Shown here in pieces: positions 35,485-49,553 of a DNA stretch of 64,000 nt. The position numbers and the translations under genes are program-made. The notes beneath the pieces are model-generated. The model had not been told where the DNA came from, searched no databases, and saw nothing but the letters and a program-made list of their open reading frames with translations. This DNA is from Sphagnum compactum (taxonomy: Eukaryota). Numbering within the stretch: position 1 is the stretch's first letter; every line of letters starts with the position of its first letter. Where the stretch lies: positions 11,398,213 through 11,462,212 of the forward strand of contig OZ234493.1 of the NCBI GenBank assembly GCA_965153455.1, written 5' to 3'.

Positions 35485-38400
35485 ATACCTAATTAATTAA
35501 TTTATAATCAATATTTTTCAAATATAAAGTATCAAAAAAAAAATTGCTTCCTCTTACACTCTAAAGGCACTTTAATTTCAAGCCCTTTCAGCTAATTCTA
35601 ATTTAGTAAGTACATTGTCCTTCTAAGCACATCACCTATTTCTCACCATAATAAAGTCCAAACTACATATAATGTTAAGGTTTTGTAAACCCAATTGAAT
35701 ATGTAGCACTTGCCTAAAGGTATGAATGGATTTGTAAGTTTTATTCAAAATTATTGCAATTGGCCAAATATAAAAAGGAACTTGGTAATGGTAGAATGTG
35801 TCAAATGCACTATAAATTGTAATCAAATTATATATTTGAAATTAAATACAATCACAATGCCGAGGCCCTATCATGAGGGGAATGTACTTGGCCTTTACCC
35901 TATTCCCAAAACTTCAAAATATGTAATAATTAGATCCTATCCTAATGGGAAAAAAATGATAGGCAATATACCTTAGCCATAAGGGTAGATTTGAAAAAAA
36001 TCACATAACATATTTTGCAAGTATATTAGAAACAATATACCCACTCAACATTGGTCTTTAGTCTTAACCAATGTTAAACTATTATTAATTTTTGAACATA
36101 CGAAATTGCACTAGGTATGAAGGTGCAAGGTTAAATTTTTTTTCTAATGGCTAGTAAATATTAATATCAACTTGTTTTTTTGGAACTAGTTTGGTATTTT
36201 TATTAAGTCCAAGGTTGATTTTTGTTTAGTATTGGTGTGGACTAGGTATATATTTAATATTATTTTAGGTCCCATATTTGACTACTATTGATATAAGGTT
36301 GGTATTGTTTTAGGTCATACCTGATTAATATGTTTTTCAATATCAATATTCATAATACCATATAACTAGGTTGCATCTTATGTATCGATACAATATCTAG
36401 TTTGTAACCTTAAATCTAAGGTTTAGGTTCTTATGACTTAGATTTAAATTAGCACCTTCTTGTTGGAATTGGCAAGAACTAGACCATGAAATTAGCATTT
36501 TGCTAGATTTGGAAATGAGCATATATGCTGGAACACAAGTTTAGGCTCCTTTAAGTAAGCAATTTGAATTTTTTTGAAAACTTGACAAGTAGATTGAACT
36601 TTATAGTTAATTGCTAATTTTAATTAATTGTTGAACTCCATGTTACATAAATCATGGATTTTAATTTGTTGTAAAATTATGTTCATCTTCAAATCTCTAA
36701 TATTTGAGGATTATTCATTTTTATACATGGAATTGGACTTGATTTTTGAATTAGGCACATTTTACAAACCCTAAACTCTAAACCCTAAACCCTAAGGGCC
36801 CATGGATCATGAAATATAAATATAGCATAAATTCAATATAGGCCTTGTTGTGGGACCTTGACTAAGTTGTATCTTGTCTCGTAGTAGATGGAAAGTTAAA
36901 GACTAGTGTTGTGTGGTTCTTGTTTTAAAATCAACAACTTTTCAAGATTCAAAGCATTAGTTCTAGACTTTTTGAAATTCCTAAAGGGAATATCACAACT
37001 TGCATTTTGTTTTCCCATAGTTCTTTCTCACATAGGTGATGATTAATCTAGTTTTTTTGAGTGCTAGAAAATCTAGTTTTTTTTTAGTGCTTTAGCAAAG
37101 TGAAAGAAGGAGCACCCATTACATTCCACGATAGAATTCCCCAAGTTGTAATAAGCCTTGAAAATTTCAAAAAAATACAAAAGAAAAAAATTAAAATGGT
37201 GGGTCTTCACACCAAGGGAGCAACTTGAAACTACAAAGGAAAAAAATTGGTGGGCCTTTCTTTCCAGTTTGGAATTGAAAAATTTGGAGAATTGTGTTTG
37301 GTTTTTCTAGTGCAAATTTAACTAATTTTTGTTGTTGTTGTTTTTTTGCTTTTTTTTTTTTGGGGAAAAATTAGCCAAATTTTCGATATCAATAAAAAAT
37401 TAAAAGAAAAAGAAAAAAAAAGAACCTTGCTAGTAACACTAATATGAAATATGGAAGATTTATTGAAAGAAGAATAAAAATCATAAAATGGTTTCGGTCG
37501 TGAGTTCGAATCCCGGGAGCTTCACTCAGCGCTTCTTCTTCCAAGCTCCTTCTTCTTCTTCTTCTTCTTCGCCTTCAAAGAGTGTTCTTCTTGTCTGCTG
37601 CCGGTTTGCTTTGCGAGCTTTTGGGTGTGTGTGTCTGCGCGCAACCGCGCGAGAGCAAATTAGGAATCCATTTGCGAGAAAAAAGGAAGGCACAAGCACC
37701 ACAACAACAACAACAACAACAACAAGAGGTACATCTTCAGAAAGACGAAAGAGGTTCATTTGCATTGGAGAAGGATGATCTCGGAGGAGAAAGAAAACCT
37801 TTTGTTTTGTTTAGGGTTTGGTTTTTTCTCTTTTTGTATGAAGTGGGACCCTCGACAGCGGAAGAAACTGTGTCTGTATGTGTGTCATGACAACAGTGGG
37901 ACAATTCGGGAGGAAAAGCTCTTTTTCCTTTTTTTTGCTTTGGGGTTGGTTGGCAACCACGGGATTCCCATTCTCTCTCGGACACTAGGTAGTGTCATGA
38001 AGGAAAAAAACAGAAATTGAGAGAGATAATCGCAGTGGATGCTGATTGGCCAAGAGATTTGGAAGAAACTCAAAAGCTCGGGATTCGACAAGTTGCGAGT
38101 TGGAATCCTGACACGTGCAGCACCAAAGTTTGTAGTCCCCCAAAAACAAATTTCTCTCTCGTTGTTGTCGTTGTTGTTGCTGTTGTTGTTGTTGCTTGTT
38201 TGTTTGTTGATTTATTACAATTGCGAAGTCTTGAGCTGAGTGGTCATGAGATTTTGCATTTGATTTGTGGATTAGCTTGCAGTAGTGGCAAGGATAAGAT
38301 TTGGAGACGTGATCAAGCTGCAGTTGCGACGGACTGCTTGTTGATTGAAGCTTTTTCTTTTTGGGTATATTGATCATATATTCAGCTCAATGAGCTGCTG

Positions 38401-38860
38401 CAGGAGGACCCTGCTGCTACAAGCTTGCTTGATTGGTTAGGAAGCTGAGTGGGTTCCTGTCGTCGTCGTCGTCGTCGTCGTGGTGCATTGAGGTCTTGAA
38501 GTAGCAGTATCTTATTAGGAGGAGAAGTTGAAGCTTGCGCGGACGGACCGGACGGAACATGAATCCAAGCTCGTAGCTTTAGTCGACAAGCTTTGAAGTA
38601 AAAGTGCGTTTGCTTGTTGGTTTGTTCTTCTTGTGGATTGATGGCTGGCGAGTTTTTTTGTTGATTACGCATCTCTCCATCGGGGGTCCAAAGCTCGGCT
38701 TCAAGATTACTATGAACGGATTCTGAAGATTGGTGTGAAGAAGTCCGTTCCATAACACCCACGCAAGCAAGCAAACAAACAAGCTACCACACAAACAAGC
38801 AAACAAACGAGCAAGGAAACAAGCAAACAAACAAGCACGCAAGCAGTTCGGTTTGCAACC

Positions 38861-41800
38861 ATGGCGGCGAACAGTGCAACGAACGACGACGGATTGTTAC
38901 TGGACATACTGAAAGCAGCACCAGAAGAGGATGCTGCCAACGGTGGTGTGGTCGTGCCGCCGGCTGCTCTAAAAAACTCCGCCGTGACGACGACGACGAC
39001 GACGCAGGAGGATAGTGCCCCGCGGATGGAGCCTGAAGATCAGTTGGACTCAGGTGAACGCAGGCTGAATGAGCTTGGCTACAAGCAGGAGCTTCGCCGA
39101 GAGATGGTACTTCTTCTTCTTCTTCTTCCTCAGGACCTGAGTGTTCCTGAACTTGTAGCAAATTGTTTTGTGGCCGACAGATTTGGTGTTGGGGATTTGT
39201 TGTTGTTGTTGTTGATGATGATGATGATGAGGAGGAGCTGCTGTGGGATGGATGTGCAGACACTCTTCAAGTGCATGGCAATTGCATTTTCCACCATGAC
39301 ATTGTTTACAGGCATTGTGCCTTTGTATGGAAGCAGCTTGATGTATGCAGGACCGGTGGGACTAGTGTGGGGATGGGTTGTTGTCACATTCTTCACCTGG
39401 TTTGTGGGCTTTGCCATGTCAGAAATTTGCTCCTCTTTTCCTGTAAGCTTTGTCACAACCATCCAGATCTGATTCCTTCCTTCTCTTGTTGTAAACTTCT
39501 TCACAATCATGATCTTCTTCCTCTGGGGACCAATTCCTTCTCTTGTTGTAAGCTTCTTCATGCCATCATGATCTTCTTGCTCTGATTCCTTCTCTTGTTG
39601 TACAAGATTTTCAATCTCATGATCTTCTTCCTCACATCCCTTCTCTTGTTGTACAAGCTTTTTCACCATCATGATCTTCTTCCTCTCATTCCTTCTGTTG
39701 CTGTACAATCTTTCTCACCATCACAATCTTCTTCCTCCCATTCCTTCTCTTGTTGTGCAAAGCATTTTCACCATCATGATCTTCTTCCTCTCATTCCTTC
39801 TCTTGTTGTGCAAACTTTTTCACCATCATGATCTTCTTCCTCTCATTCCTTCTCTTGTTGTACAAGCTTTTTCACCATCATAATCTTCTTCCTCTCATTC
39901 CTTCTCTTGTTGTACAAGCTTTTTCACCATCATGATCTTCTTCCTCTCATTCCGTCCTTGGTGGAAGCTTCTTCACCATCATGTCTTCTTCCTCTCATTC
40001 CTTTTCTTGTTGTAAGCTTCTTCACCATCATGTCTTCTTCCTTTTATTCCTCCTCTTGTTGTGAGCTTTTTCACTGTCATCTTCTTCCTCTCATTCCTTG
40101 TTGTAAGCTTTTTCACAACCATCTTTTTCATCTGGTTCCTTGTTGCAAGCTTTTCACAGCCATCTTCTTTCTCTGCTCCCTAGTACTACCATGTGCAGTG
40201 CAGTGCATACATGTACAGCGTATGTGCAATTGCATCTTGTCCCTTCAGTCACATCCAGGGGTGTTTATGTCGCATATTGTTCTCCCACTTGCACAGTAGC
40301 ACATGCTCAATATATTTCTAAGAGAGAAATTGCACGTATCATGATAAAGTTATGTAAAGAAACATTGAGCGGGTTTCATCAGAATCTGAGCTGCCTGTCG
40401 TTCTCCCTCTTGGACATCCTCAAATTTCTAAGACTGAAGTTGCAAGTATCATGATTGTGTGCACAAAGAAACAAATGGTTTTCATTGCAATCTCTCTGTT
40501 GCTGGTGTGCATGGCATGTTGTCCTCCCTCACGCACATGCTTGGATTTCTAAGGTCCTGAAATTGCAATTAGTATCATGATTGTGTGTGAAGAAACAAAT
40601 TTTGGTTTTCATCACAATCTGTGCTTGTTTGTACCATTCTTGGAAGAAAAATACAATGTTTGAACTAGTTGTGCTAGATCTATATATATTACAGTTGTGT
40701 GAGTTTCATCATGATTCTCAATGTGAGGAGGCTGATTGGAGATGATGATGATGATGGATGGTCCAGACAACAGGATCTCTCTACTTCTGGGCAGCTCATT
40801 TGGCTGGGCCTCGATGGGGTCCATTGGCATCGTGGGTGTGTGCATGGCTGGAGGCAATTGGTTTGATTGCTGGCATCGGCACACAGGTGTTCTGTTTGTT
40901 TCTTCTCAAGCTCCTCCTCCTACTACTACTTACTACTGTACTACTGCAAATCTCTTGTTTTCCAGTGGGGTTGATGTCTGAATGAATTGAGTCAAAAGGA
41001 TATACAAACACACACACATCAATTTCTTCATGACCTATCAATGAGTGACACAATTTGATCAACACAATATGAGAACAACATTGTTGTCATTGGTGTGAAC
41101 ATCTGCACTCTTATATTAACTTGGCAGACTAATGATAGAAGACACTCACTGAGAAGCCAGGGCCTCACTGTCAGCATGAAAATGTAGGTCATGCTAGGGT
41201 TTAGGGTTTAGAGTTTGAGATAGGAAATTATGTGACCAGAGAGGTGGTGGGTCTAATTTCTGGTTGCAACAAACATGATGAATTCATAACAACACCTTCC
41301 TCAACATGGCAATGTTCCCACATGTTCTTTCACTAAAAAAGTCTAGATAAATTTTCAATCTATCCAATGTGAATTGACACAAGAGTCTTTTTTGTCTGAT
41401 AGTTCAAATGGTTTTGGGTATTGTGAGTCTTGCAGGCATATGCAGGAACACAGACATTGCAGAACATAATTTTGCTTTGCACAGGTACAAACAAAAATGG
41501 TGGTTACTTTGCTCCACGTGGAGTATTTCTTGCCATCTATATTGCACTGTGCCTCATATGGGCAGTGCTCAACACATTCGCACTCAATGTAATTGCTGTA
41601 ATTGATATGGTGTCTATTTACTGGCAGGTAACCAACTATCTGCTTCTCCCATTCTGCTTTCCTTCATTCATGAATTCCACTTGAATGCTGCCAGTTATGG
41701 TTTTTGAAATTGAGTCACAATCTCCTCTTGTGCATTTGCGGAGGAGCATATGTTGAGGTGGTCTGTCTTGTTTCTGTGTGAATGTTGGAATTTTGGCGCT

Positions 41801-43389
41801 GCCAGGTGGTAGGAGGTACTGTCATAGTAATACTGCTACCATTGGTTGCAAAGACAACACAGCCTGCCTCCTATGTATTCACTCATTTTGAGCTAGGAGA
41901 TGCCACCACAGGTATCAAAAGTGGAGCATACGCCATTCTTCTCTCCTGGTTGGTTAGCCAGTATTCTCTGTATGGATATGATGCTGCAGCACATTTGACA
42001 GAGGAGACCAAAGGTGCTGATATCAATGGTCCAATTGCAATCCTTTCGAGCATTGGTCTCATTTCTGTGTTTGGGTGGGGCTTTATTCTGGCTCTCACTT
42101 TTTCAATCCAGGTAATTTTGGGTTTGAGGTTAGTTGAGGCTCACACGTAAGGTCTACCTCAAGAAATTTCCATTTGCAACTGATTTTTCTCACCTCAAAG
42201 TTTTTCAGTTGAGTTGCCAATCTAAAATTACTACGGATCTGTGACCTAACCAGTAAACACCAAACCAGGTTTGATCATCTGCTATCTGAGATGTGATTAA
42301 AACTGTTGAAAAATTGCATTTGAAAATTGGGTATTTAGTATTTTGGGGAGACAGAGATAGTAGCTTTAATTAACAGTGACAAAATTGATAAATTGATCTG
42401 GATGTTGCTGGTTGTGCGTGGTCTTCACAGAGTCCGACTTACCTCTATGATCCAAGCAATGAAACAATGGGCAGTTTTGTTCCAGCTCAGATTCTGTATG
42501 ATGCATTCCATGGGCGTTACCACAACGCTACAGGTGCAATTGTGTTGCTGTGTGTGATTTGGGGATCCTTTTTCTTTGGCGGCCTTTCCATCACCACCAG
42601 TGCAGCTCGAGTTGTAAGTCGCATCTCACCCTCGTACAAGGTGCCTGTGAAGTTTAAGTTAGTGATCTGCATTGAGCACCAAATCTGGGAAGCTAAATTA
42701 TCAGGCCAAAAGCTTAATGTGAAAGAGTGTTTTTCATCATTCTCTTTCTTGGTACAACTGAAGAAAAAGAAGAAAGATCTGTTTCTAAAAACTTCAGTGC
42801 TTTCCGAACAAATAAATTCTTGGCCACAACCATTAAGATGTTTGCAGAATATGCTGATTAAATTTGTGGCATGCTGCAGGTATATGCTATATCACGAGAT
42901 GGGGGAACTCCCTTCTCAAAAGTTTGGCGTAAAGTTCATCCAAAGTACAAGGTCCCAGCCAATGCTGTCTGGATCTGTGCTGCTTTTGCAATCCTTTTGG
43001 GGTTTCCCATCCTTAAGATCAGCGTGGTCTTTACTGCCATAACTTCAATCTGCACAATTGGGTGGGTAGGTGGTTATGCTGTGCCAATATTCTTCAGGAT
43101 GATAATTGCAAAAGAGAAGTTCCACCCAGGTCCGTTCTTTCTAGGAACAGCAAGCCGTGTTGTTTGTGCAGTTGCTTTTCTCTGGATCTGCTACACATGT
43201 GTCATATTCCTTCTCCCGACAACGTACCCTATCCAATTCAGCACCTTCAATTACGCCCCAATTGTTCTTGGAATAGTCTTGGGTGCAGTAATGGGTTGGT
43301 GGATAATAGATGCAAGACATTGGTTCAAAGGTCCTGTTCGAGAAATTTTTGGAGTTCCTTCTGGCAAGGAAACATCCCTGCCTCAATAA
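38861..43389 (+). CDS. BAT1: Amino-acid/GABA permease, BAT1-like (APC superfamily), 7 exons
   Basis: Exons 38861-39106, 39260-39442, 40767-40886, 41436-41627, 41806-42111, 42431-42612, 42880-43389. Motifs RLNELGYKQELRRE, AMSEICSSFPTTGSLYFWA, YGYDAAAHLTEET, ARVVYAISRDG, FNYAP, ARHWFKGP. Confidence 0.93.
39447..40170. repeat. Intronic minisatellite, ~54-bp unit, more than 10 copies
   Basis: caccatcatgatcttcttcctctcattccttctcttgttgtacaagcttttt repeated from just after the intron 2 donor. Confidence 0.9.
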
Positions 43390-45880
43390 AAGACCAAATA
43401 TGCATTCTTTGATCTTTCCTCATCAGTCTGCACACTTGAGGCATGACTGAAGGAAAGTAGAAAACAGTTCCAATGGCCATTGCCATTAGATTTTAGTAAG
43501 CTAGCTCAATTCGTAATATCTGTACTTAGCTATTTATCCTTGACTGAAGGAAGAGCTAAAAAAAATAGGAAAAACTCCATTCTGGTGGAATCTGGAACCT
43601 GTATATCAGAGTTCAAAAGGGCTGCCTGAATCTTGTACTTTGTGATCTTAGAAGCAAGAATTTCATAGAATCTGTCTGAAGTGTCAATTCTTTACTTTGC
43701 TGGAGCTAGGATGTCGATTCTTTACTTTGCATGTTGTTAGAGCTCGGATGAGGAGCTGCGTAATTCCTTTGGCACTGTAGGACTGTTCTAGTTTTGGTTA
43801 TCATTATTCTTTGCAGATTTCTCTGGAGTTCTTGGTACTTGCATGCACACAGAACTTCACAGAGCAGAGAGAGGATCCTCTGAAATGTTTGTACCTGAAG
43901 GAGACATGGCAGAAAGCTCCTGTTGGATGCTATTGTGGCAATGACCACCAGACTGGGAAGAGTATTAGAAGCTCAGGCTGGAGCTTTACCCCTTGAAGCA
44001 GGCCTTGAAGCAGATTTTGATTCCAAACATCTTCAAAACCAGCAAATCTGTCACAAGAAATCTCCCAGTGAATCAGAAGAAACGAAGAAAAACAAAGGGC
44101 CAGCTGCAGGGTTAAATCAGGCTGCAAACTTGCAGGTAGATCTATCTCTAAACTTTGCCTACTTTCAAAGTGGCAAAAAATTTCATCTCTTGATTTGATG
44201 ATCAAGCTTGTGAAATCAAAGTGATCACAAGTCAGAACACGATCTTGACTTACAATTGGAGTTAGATGTACATCATCTCCAGTTGGTCAATTGAGCACAA
44301 CTTTTGGCTTCGTCCATGTGTTCAATCTTTTGTCAATTTCAATCTCAAGCTCAAGCAGCTGCAAGTTTTAACAATCTCACATCCGCAATGGTTTTGCAAC
44401 TTTTGTTTTTTTCTAAAACTTTTTCATATCACTCATAAAACTTTGTGATGAAGGTGATGGTCTGTCACTTCGTGAGCGACTCTCATGAGGTTATGACTGC
44501 ACTCATTGTCGTGTTACCTTTAATTGTTGTTGTGGAGATTTCTCTGCAACTTCATCGATCTCTTCATATCACTCACTTTGGTGATTGCCTCAACCCTAAC
44601 CACGAGGAATGTTTGCAAGTCGACTTACATGTTGGGTTTAGGTTTTGTTTTATTTGATACACTTGTGGTCTAATCTTATATGGTTAATGCCACAAATATA
44701 AGAAACCCCAAAAGCATGATAAAATAGACAAAAACATTTGTCCGCCCAAAATCTAGTTTACAATTTTTGACACTTAAACATAAAAAAAGTGAATTAAAAA
44801 CTTTTGTAAGTAGAAACATAAAACCATCAAAGCTTCCATTGAGTTTGTGATAAGTTGAATACAAATTTTGAAAAAGTTTAGTATCATAAAAATATGCAAT
44901 AAGTAAAACTAACCCCAATCAATATAATGTTCAAAGTGATTTTTACATTACAAATTTTATTTATTATAACTATAATATGCACAATTTGAGAATACACAAG
45001 TATTTTCTATGCCTTCATTAATTTGAATTTTTTTTAAATTAATATTTCAACCCTATTTCATCTATTTGCAACCGACTTTATAAAACCTAAACATCTTTGC
45101 AAATAGATGCATTGATTGAAGATCTATTTCAAATTGAAAATGTGATTTGTAAATTTTACTTTAATAAAATAAATTATTTTCATTATATTAATAATTGAAT
45201 AAAATAATATTTCTACTTTCAAGATATCAAAATTAATTTATGACGAGTTGTCATTTTTTATGACAAGGAACACAAATTTTCTACTTACCATGCTTATGCC
45301 ATAAAAAGAATTAGAACAAGACATTCAATGAAATAATTAGCCAAAATCACTATCAAATGTTCTTTCCGAAAGCTAGATTTATACAACCTTTTTGGTTGGC
45401 TCAATCTATGGGTTGGTTCCTAGTTAAACAAACTAGAAGTGTACAATCCTACTTTGTACCATATTTGAAATTTAAACTAATTTCCAAGGTTTTGAACCCT
45501 AAGGACCTAAGCCTTAACTACACCCATTTTAATAATATTTGAAATTTTAATTCAAAAGTCTGTCCATTTTATTTCATCCAGAAATGAAATTACAAAATTG
45601 ATGGCAAATGGATTTAAAGTTTACACATTCAAAAAAAAATTCAACAAATTTAAACCAGAATCAGGCAAGAGTTAATGAAATAACAAAACTGTACTGAATT
45701 AATGCAAAACAATTAAAACCATGAATTAATATTTCACATTTTAATGTGGTTACTTAAGTTGATGTTGAATTTTTTTGGATTTACTAATATAATAGCATTC
45801 ATAATATATTATAACATAAACATATAGTTTTGAAATCAATTCAATATATCCAAAATATCCAAAATCACTTTTTAAACAAT

Positions 45881-46268
45881 AGAGTTATCCCTAAAGTCAC
45901 CCTCTGTTTCACCCCCTATTTCCTCTGCTTTCGCCCCCTATCCCCTCTTTCAGTGGTATCTGCAAAGTATGGAAATTTGATTAAATCTGGGTATGCAATG
46001 CTGAAACTCAGCATTGAATGCACAAGGTTCGAGAGTAATTATAGTAGTTGTACAGGTAGGAGCAGTGAAAATATCTGTAGCAGCAGTGCAGGCGCTCAGG
46101 AAAAAGGAAACACAAGAAACTCAGTTTACCACCAAAATTGGTGGACAAAGTAGTTTGGGTCCCAGTTATTTTTGTAAAATTTTCATTCCCAGTTACGCGT
46201 TTGATGCCCTATTATGCCAAAACTGGCCGTTCTCGCCCCCCTAATCGCCTAACTTTGGGGATAACTTT
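45881..46268. mobile_element. MITE with 17-bp TIRs and a 3-bp TSD (PIF/Harbinger-like)
   Basis: AGAGTTATCCCTAAAGT ... ACTTTGGGGATAACTTT; AAT on both flanks (45878-45880 and 46269-46271). Confidence 0.75.
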
Positions 46269-46839
46269 AATGTAACTACTATTTTCACTACTTGAAAGAC
46301 TTCTAAAAGGACTTGAAAATACTTGGAAATGACATATTTTGGGGATTCTTTAAAATAAAAATATTTATATGTTTGACACACATCAAGGACTATGTGCTTT
46401 TAATTATTTATTGATGAAACCCTGCCAAACTTTATCAAAAAAAAAGCACCCAAGAATGGGAGAGAAAAAGAAATTAAAAAAAAAGACCAAAGTTCAAGCA
46501 CACAAAAGAGCCCCAAAGGGACAAGCCACATGGAGGTAAGGGAAAAACTAAGTGTCGAAACTTCCACGGGTCACATGAAGCATGTCAACTAAGAAAAGGA
46601 TAGGTAGATAAACCTCCAAGCCTAGAAAAACCCTCCCTTGCAATAATAGCCCACCTCGAAACGGAGGCGGCCTACGTTCTTTGTAATGTCATCGACATTT
46701 TTTATTTGTAAAAAGAATGTAGAATTGATAAAGGAGGGCCTTTGGTGCTTTTTGTTGTCCACATGGTGTTAGCACATCAATGAAGAAAGTTGTCAACTTA
46801 CTAGTGAAGAAACTTAATAACTTTTATGACCCAAAAAAA

Positions 46840-47293
46840 AAATGACGTCTTGCTCCCGATGTTCTGCGCCGACCAGGACGCCTGCCTGGACTCTGTGATT
46901 ACACACCCACTGCAGTCCACTTTCATCGATCGTGCAACGGAAAAAAGTCTGGTCGTTGTCAAGGTCGCCGCCGTCAAGAAGCACTCCGACGACGACGAAA
47001 AGTGTCGTTGTAATGGCCTACGCTTGATCGCCATGGCCTGAGAAGTTTTCGACGGCTCCGCCCCCGAGATGCGCATCATGATCTGCAAGATCGTCATCCG
47101 TCACGCTGACAAACACAATCGACCCCGAGGACAGACCATCTACCAAATCAATCAGCGCCTTTCCGTCGCGCTTCAATGAGACGTTGGGGAGCAACTGATT
47201 GCCTGCGAGTGCGCCGGCTGAACGCTGGCTTCGCAGCTGACACCAGCGACGATTAGTCAACCTACATCTAAGATCGGGGCTCCAAAAAAAAAA
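46840..47293 (+). mobile_element. 5'-truncated CRE-like non-LTR retrotransposon fragment (restriction-like endonuclease C-terminus)
   Basis: Read through stops: DVLLPMFCADQDACLDSVITHPLQ...KKH...C...G.RLIAMA*EVFDG...INQRLSVALQ*, which fits the RLE-LINE pattern (D...D..HP...K...ETFG...QRLSVALQR). GC-rich island followed by an A10 tract at 47284-47293. Confidence 0.7.
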
Positions 47294-48007
47294 TGTTTGC
47301 AAGATAAGAGTTGTGATAAAGTCTTTCCTTCACTTGAACAACCATTGTCGCAACCGTCCCACAAGGAAAAGGCCAACCATAATACCAGACATCCATCCAA
47401 TGAGGGGACGTGATGCAGACACAAAAAAAGTGCTGCTAACCAAAAAAAGTGGGCCAAGAAAACTGCCACTTTTGTGGCGTCTTAAATCCAGGTGCATGTA
47501 CAAGAGCTGAAGCAAATCGCCAATTGCCACTTGGCGGCAAAGCAAGAACAAACGCTTGCGGCGTCGGCAGTCGCCACCCCGCACATCTGCAACACAATCT
47601 CGTGTGTGTGTGTGTGTGCGTGCGTGTTTTCCATCTACTATCTACACGGGATTGCGCGCAGCCAAAGGAATTGCACACAAAAGGACAAGCGGATGATTGG
47701 CCTGCTGTTGCATGCAGCTCGATGTGGCTTGAAAAACTGCCTTAGAAACAAAATGAAAATGAGAACAAGACATTGAACTTGCAGGTCCTTTGGTTTTGTA
47801 CCTAGACTTGAGAATGTAGTGTTGTTTGTTTGTTGTTGTTGATGGTTTTGGTATAATTCTTTTCTTCGTGCTTGAGAGTTTGAGAATCACATCATTTTTT
47901 TACTTTGCAAGAAAAAAAGAGTTGATTAGGTACTTCGAGTGAGTGAGTGAGTGAGTGAGAAAGTGAGGCGGAAGAGAAATTGAGTCTGTAGTTGTTGATC
48001 AATAACC

Positions 48008-49491
48008 ATGAATGGTGTTGCAGTCTGTGTTTCTCATGCTTCCACTGGTCATTGGAATTTGCAGAGGCAGAGGAGGAGGCCGCAATATGTAGAGGAAAGC
48101 TCTTTTTGTCGTCGTCGTCGTTGTGGTTTTTCTTCTTCTTCTTCTGCTCATTTTGGGGTGGCAGCGGATTTTTGTAGTCGCTATGCTTCACGGCAGCATC
48201 TGCAGTTGAAATGCGATTTCAGGTTTGCTGCTGCGGCGGCGGCGTACAACACTAGTACTGTTTGCAGCAGTAGCAGCAGGAGGTTTTGGAATTGTGACAA
48301 ACGGAGGCCGCGAATTGCTACGATCACACCGCATGCTCAAGCACAACAAGATCAGCAGCAGCAGCAGAACAAGTCTGATGAAAGCAGCAGTAGTTACAAC
48401 TCCAGGAGACAAAGCATTGTTGAAATTGCGGCAGAAGAATTACAGCAAGAATTTGAGTTCGATGGAGCGGGATCTGCATCTTCCACGAAAGAATTGGAGA
48501 GCATAGGAGACTGGGAGAAGGTACCAACACTGCCCAGGGATTTGGACGTCTCCAAGGATCGACATCCCTTCGACCCCCACAAGCCCAATTTCAGCCATCT
48601 GTTGCCGGAAGCTTTGCGTCCGTATCCATCTTTCGAGGGTTGGTTCGTGCGAATCTCGGATCCTTCCAACGCCTTGAGCGTAGCGATGATCATGGCCACC
48701 AATTACGCCACCGACGAGAGCCAGATCACTCTCCTTTTCTCACCGGCCCCGAGCGCTGATCACCGGGGAAACGAGCACGCCAAAGACGATAGAACTTTTG
48801 TGAAATCCGGATACACTTACGCTGTTGGTGTCCGGACCAAGGTGAGCAAGCGATCTTCCTCTCAGCAGCAAGCAAGCAAAACAGAAGCCCTAAACCCTAA
48901 ACCTGGCTCATCATTCTTTCTTTCATTTCTCCATTTTTCTTGTTGGTAGTGATGAAGAAAGCGAAGGCATGATGGCAAAGAACGTTTGCCATGAATGCTG
49001 CTGTATTTTGGTTTTGGGGGGATGATGATGGGGGGGAAAGGGAAATCAGGATGTAAGGTTTGTAGAGGTGGACACAGAGGAAGACTGGGTGGAAGAGGAT
49101 TTAGGGTTAGAATGTTTGCCATGAGTGCTGCTGAATTTGGTTTTGGGGGGATGATGATTTGGGGGAAAGGGAAATCAGGATGTAAGGTTTGTAGAGGTGG
49201 AGACAGAGGAGACTGGGCGGAAGAGGATATAGGGTTAGAATGATTGCCATGAATGCTGCTGAATTTTGGTTTTGGGGATGATGATTGGGGGGGAAGGAAA
49301 TCAGGATGCAAGGTTTGTAGAGGTGGAGACAGAGGAAGACTGGGACCAAGAGGAGTTAGGGTTAGAGCCCCGAGGGTTTCATTGGATAGCAAATGGAGTT
49401 GGCAGCCTCAAGGCCAAACCCCACTCCATTGATCTCGATTTCACTGTTGAAGGCTACCATTTCAAAGCACACTTGACTAAAGAGGTGTAAC

Positions 49492-49553
<62 letters not shown>

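Noticed and set aside
37490-37520. GTTCGAATCCC T-loop/B-box-like motif
   Set aside because: No cloverleaf or A-box could be built, so it is not callable as a tRNA or SINE.
39130-40299. ORFs of 130-192 aa in BAT1 intron 2
   Set aside because: Produced by the 54-bp minisatellite.
43800-44200. Coding-like ORFs downstream of BAT1
   Set aside because: No motif and frames are inconsistent.
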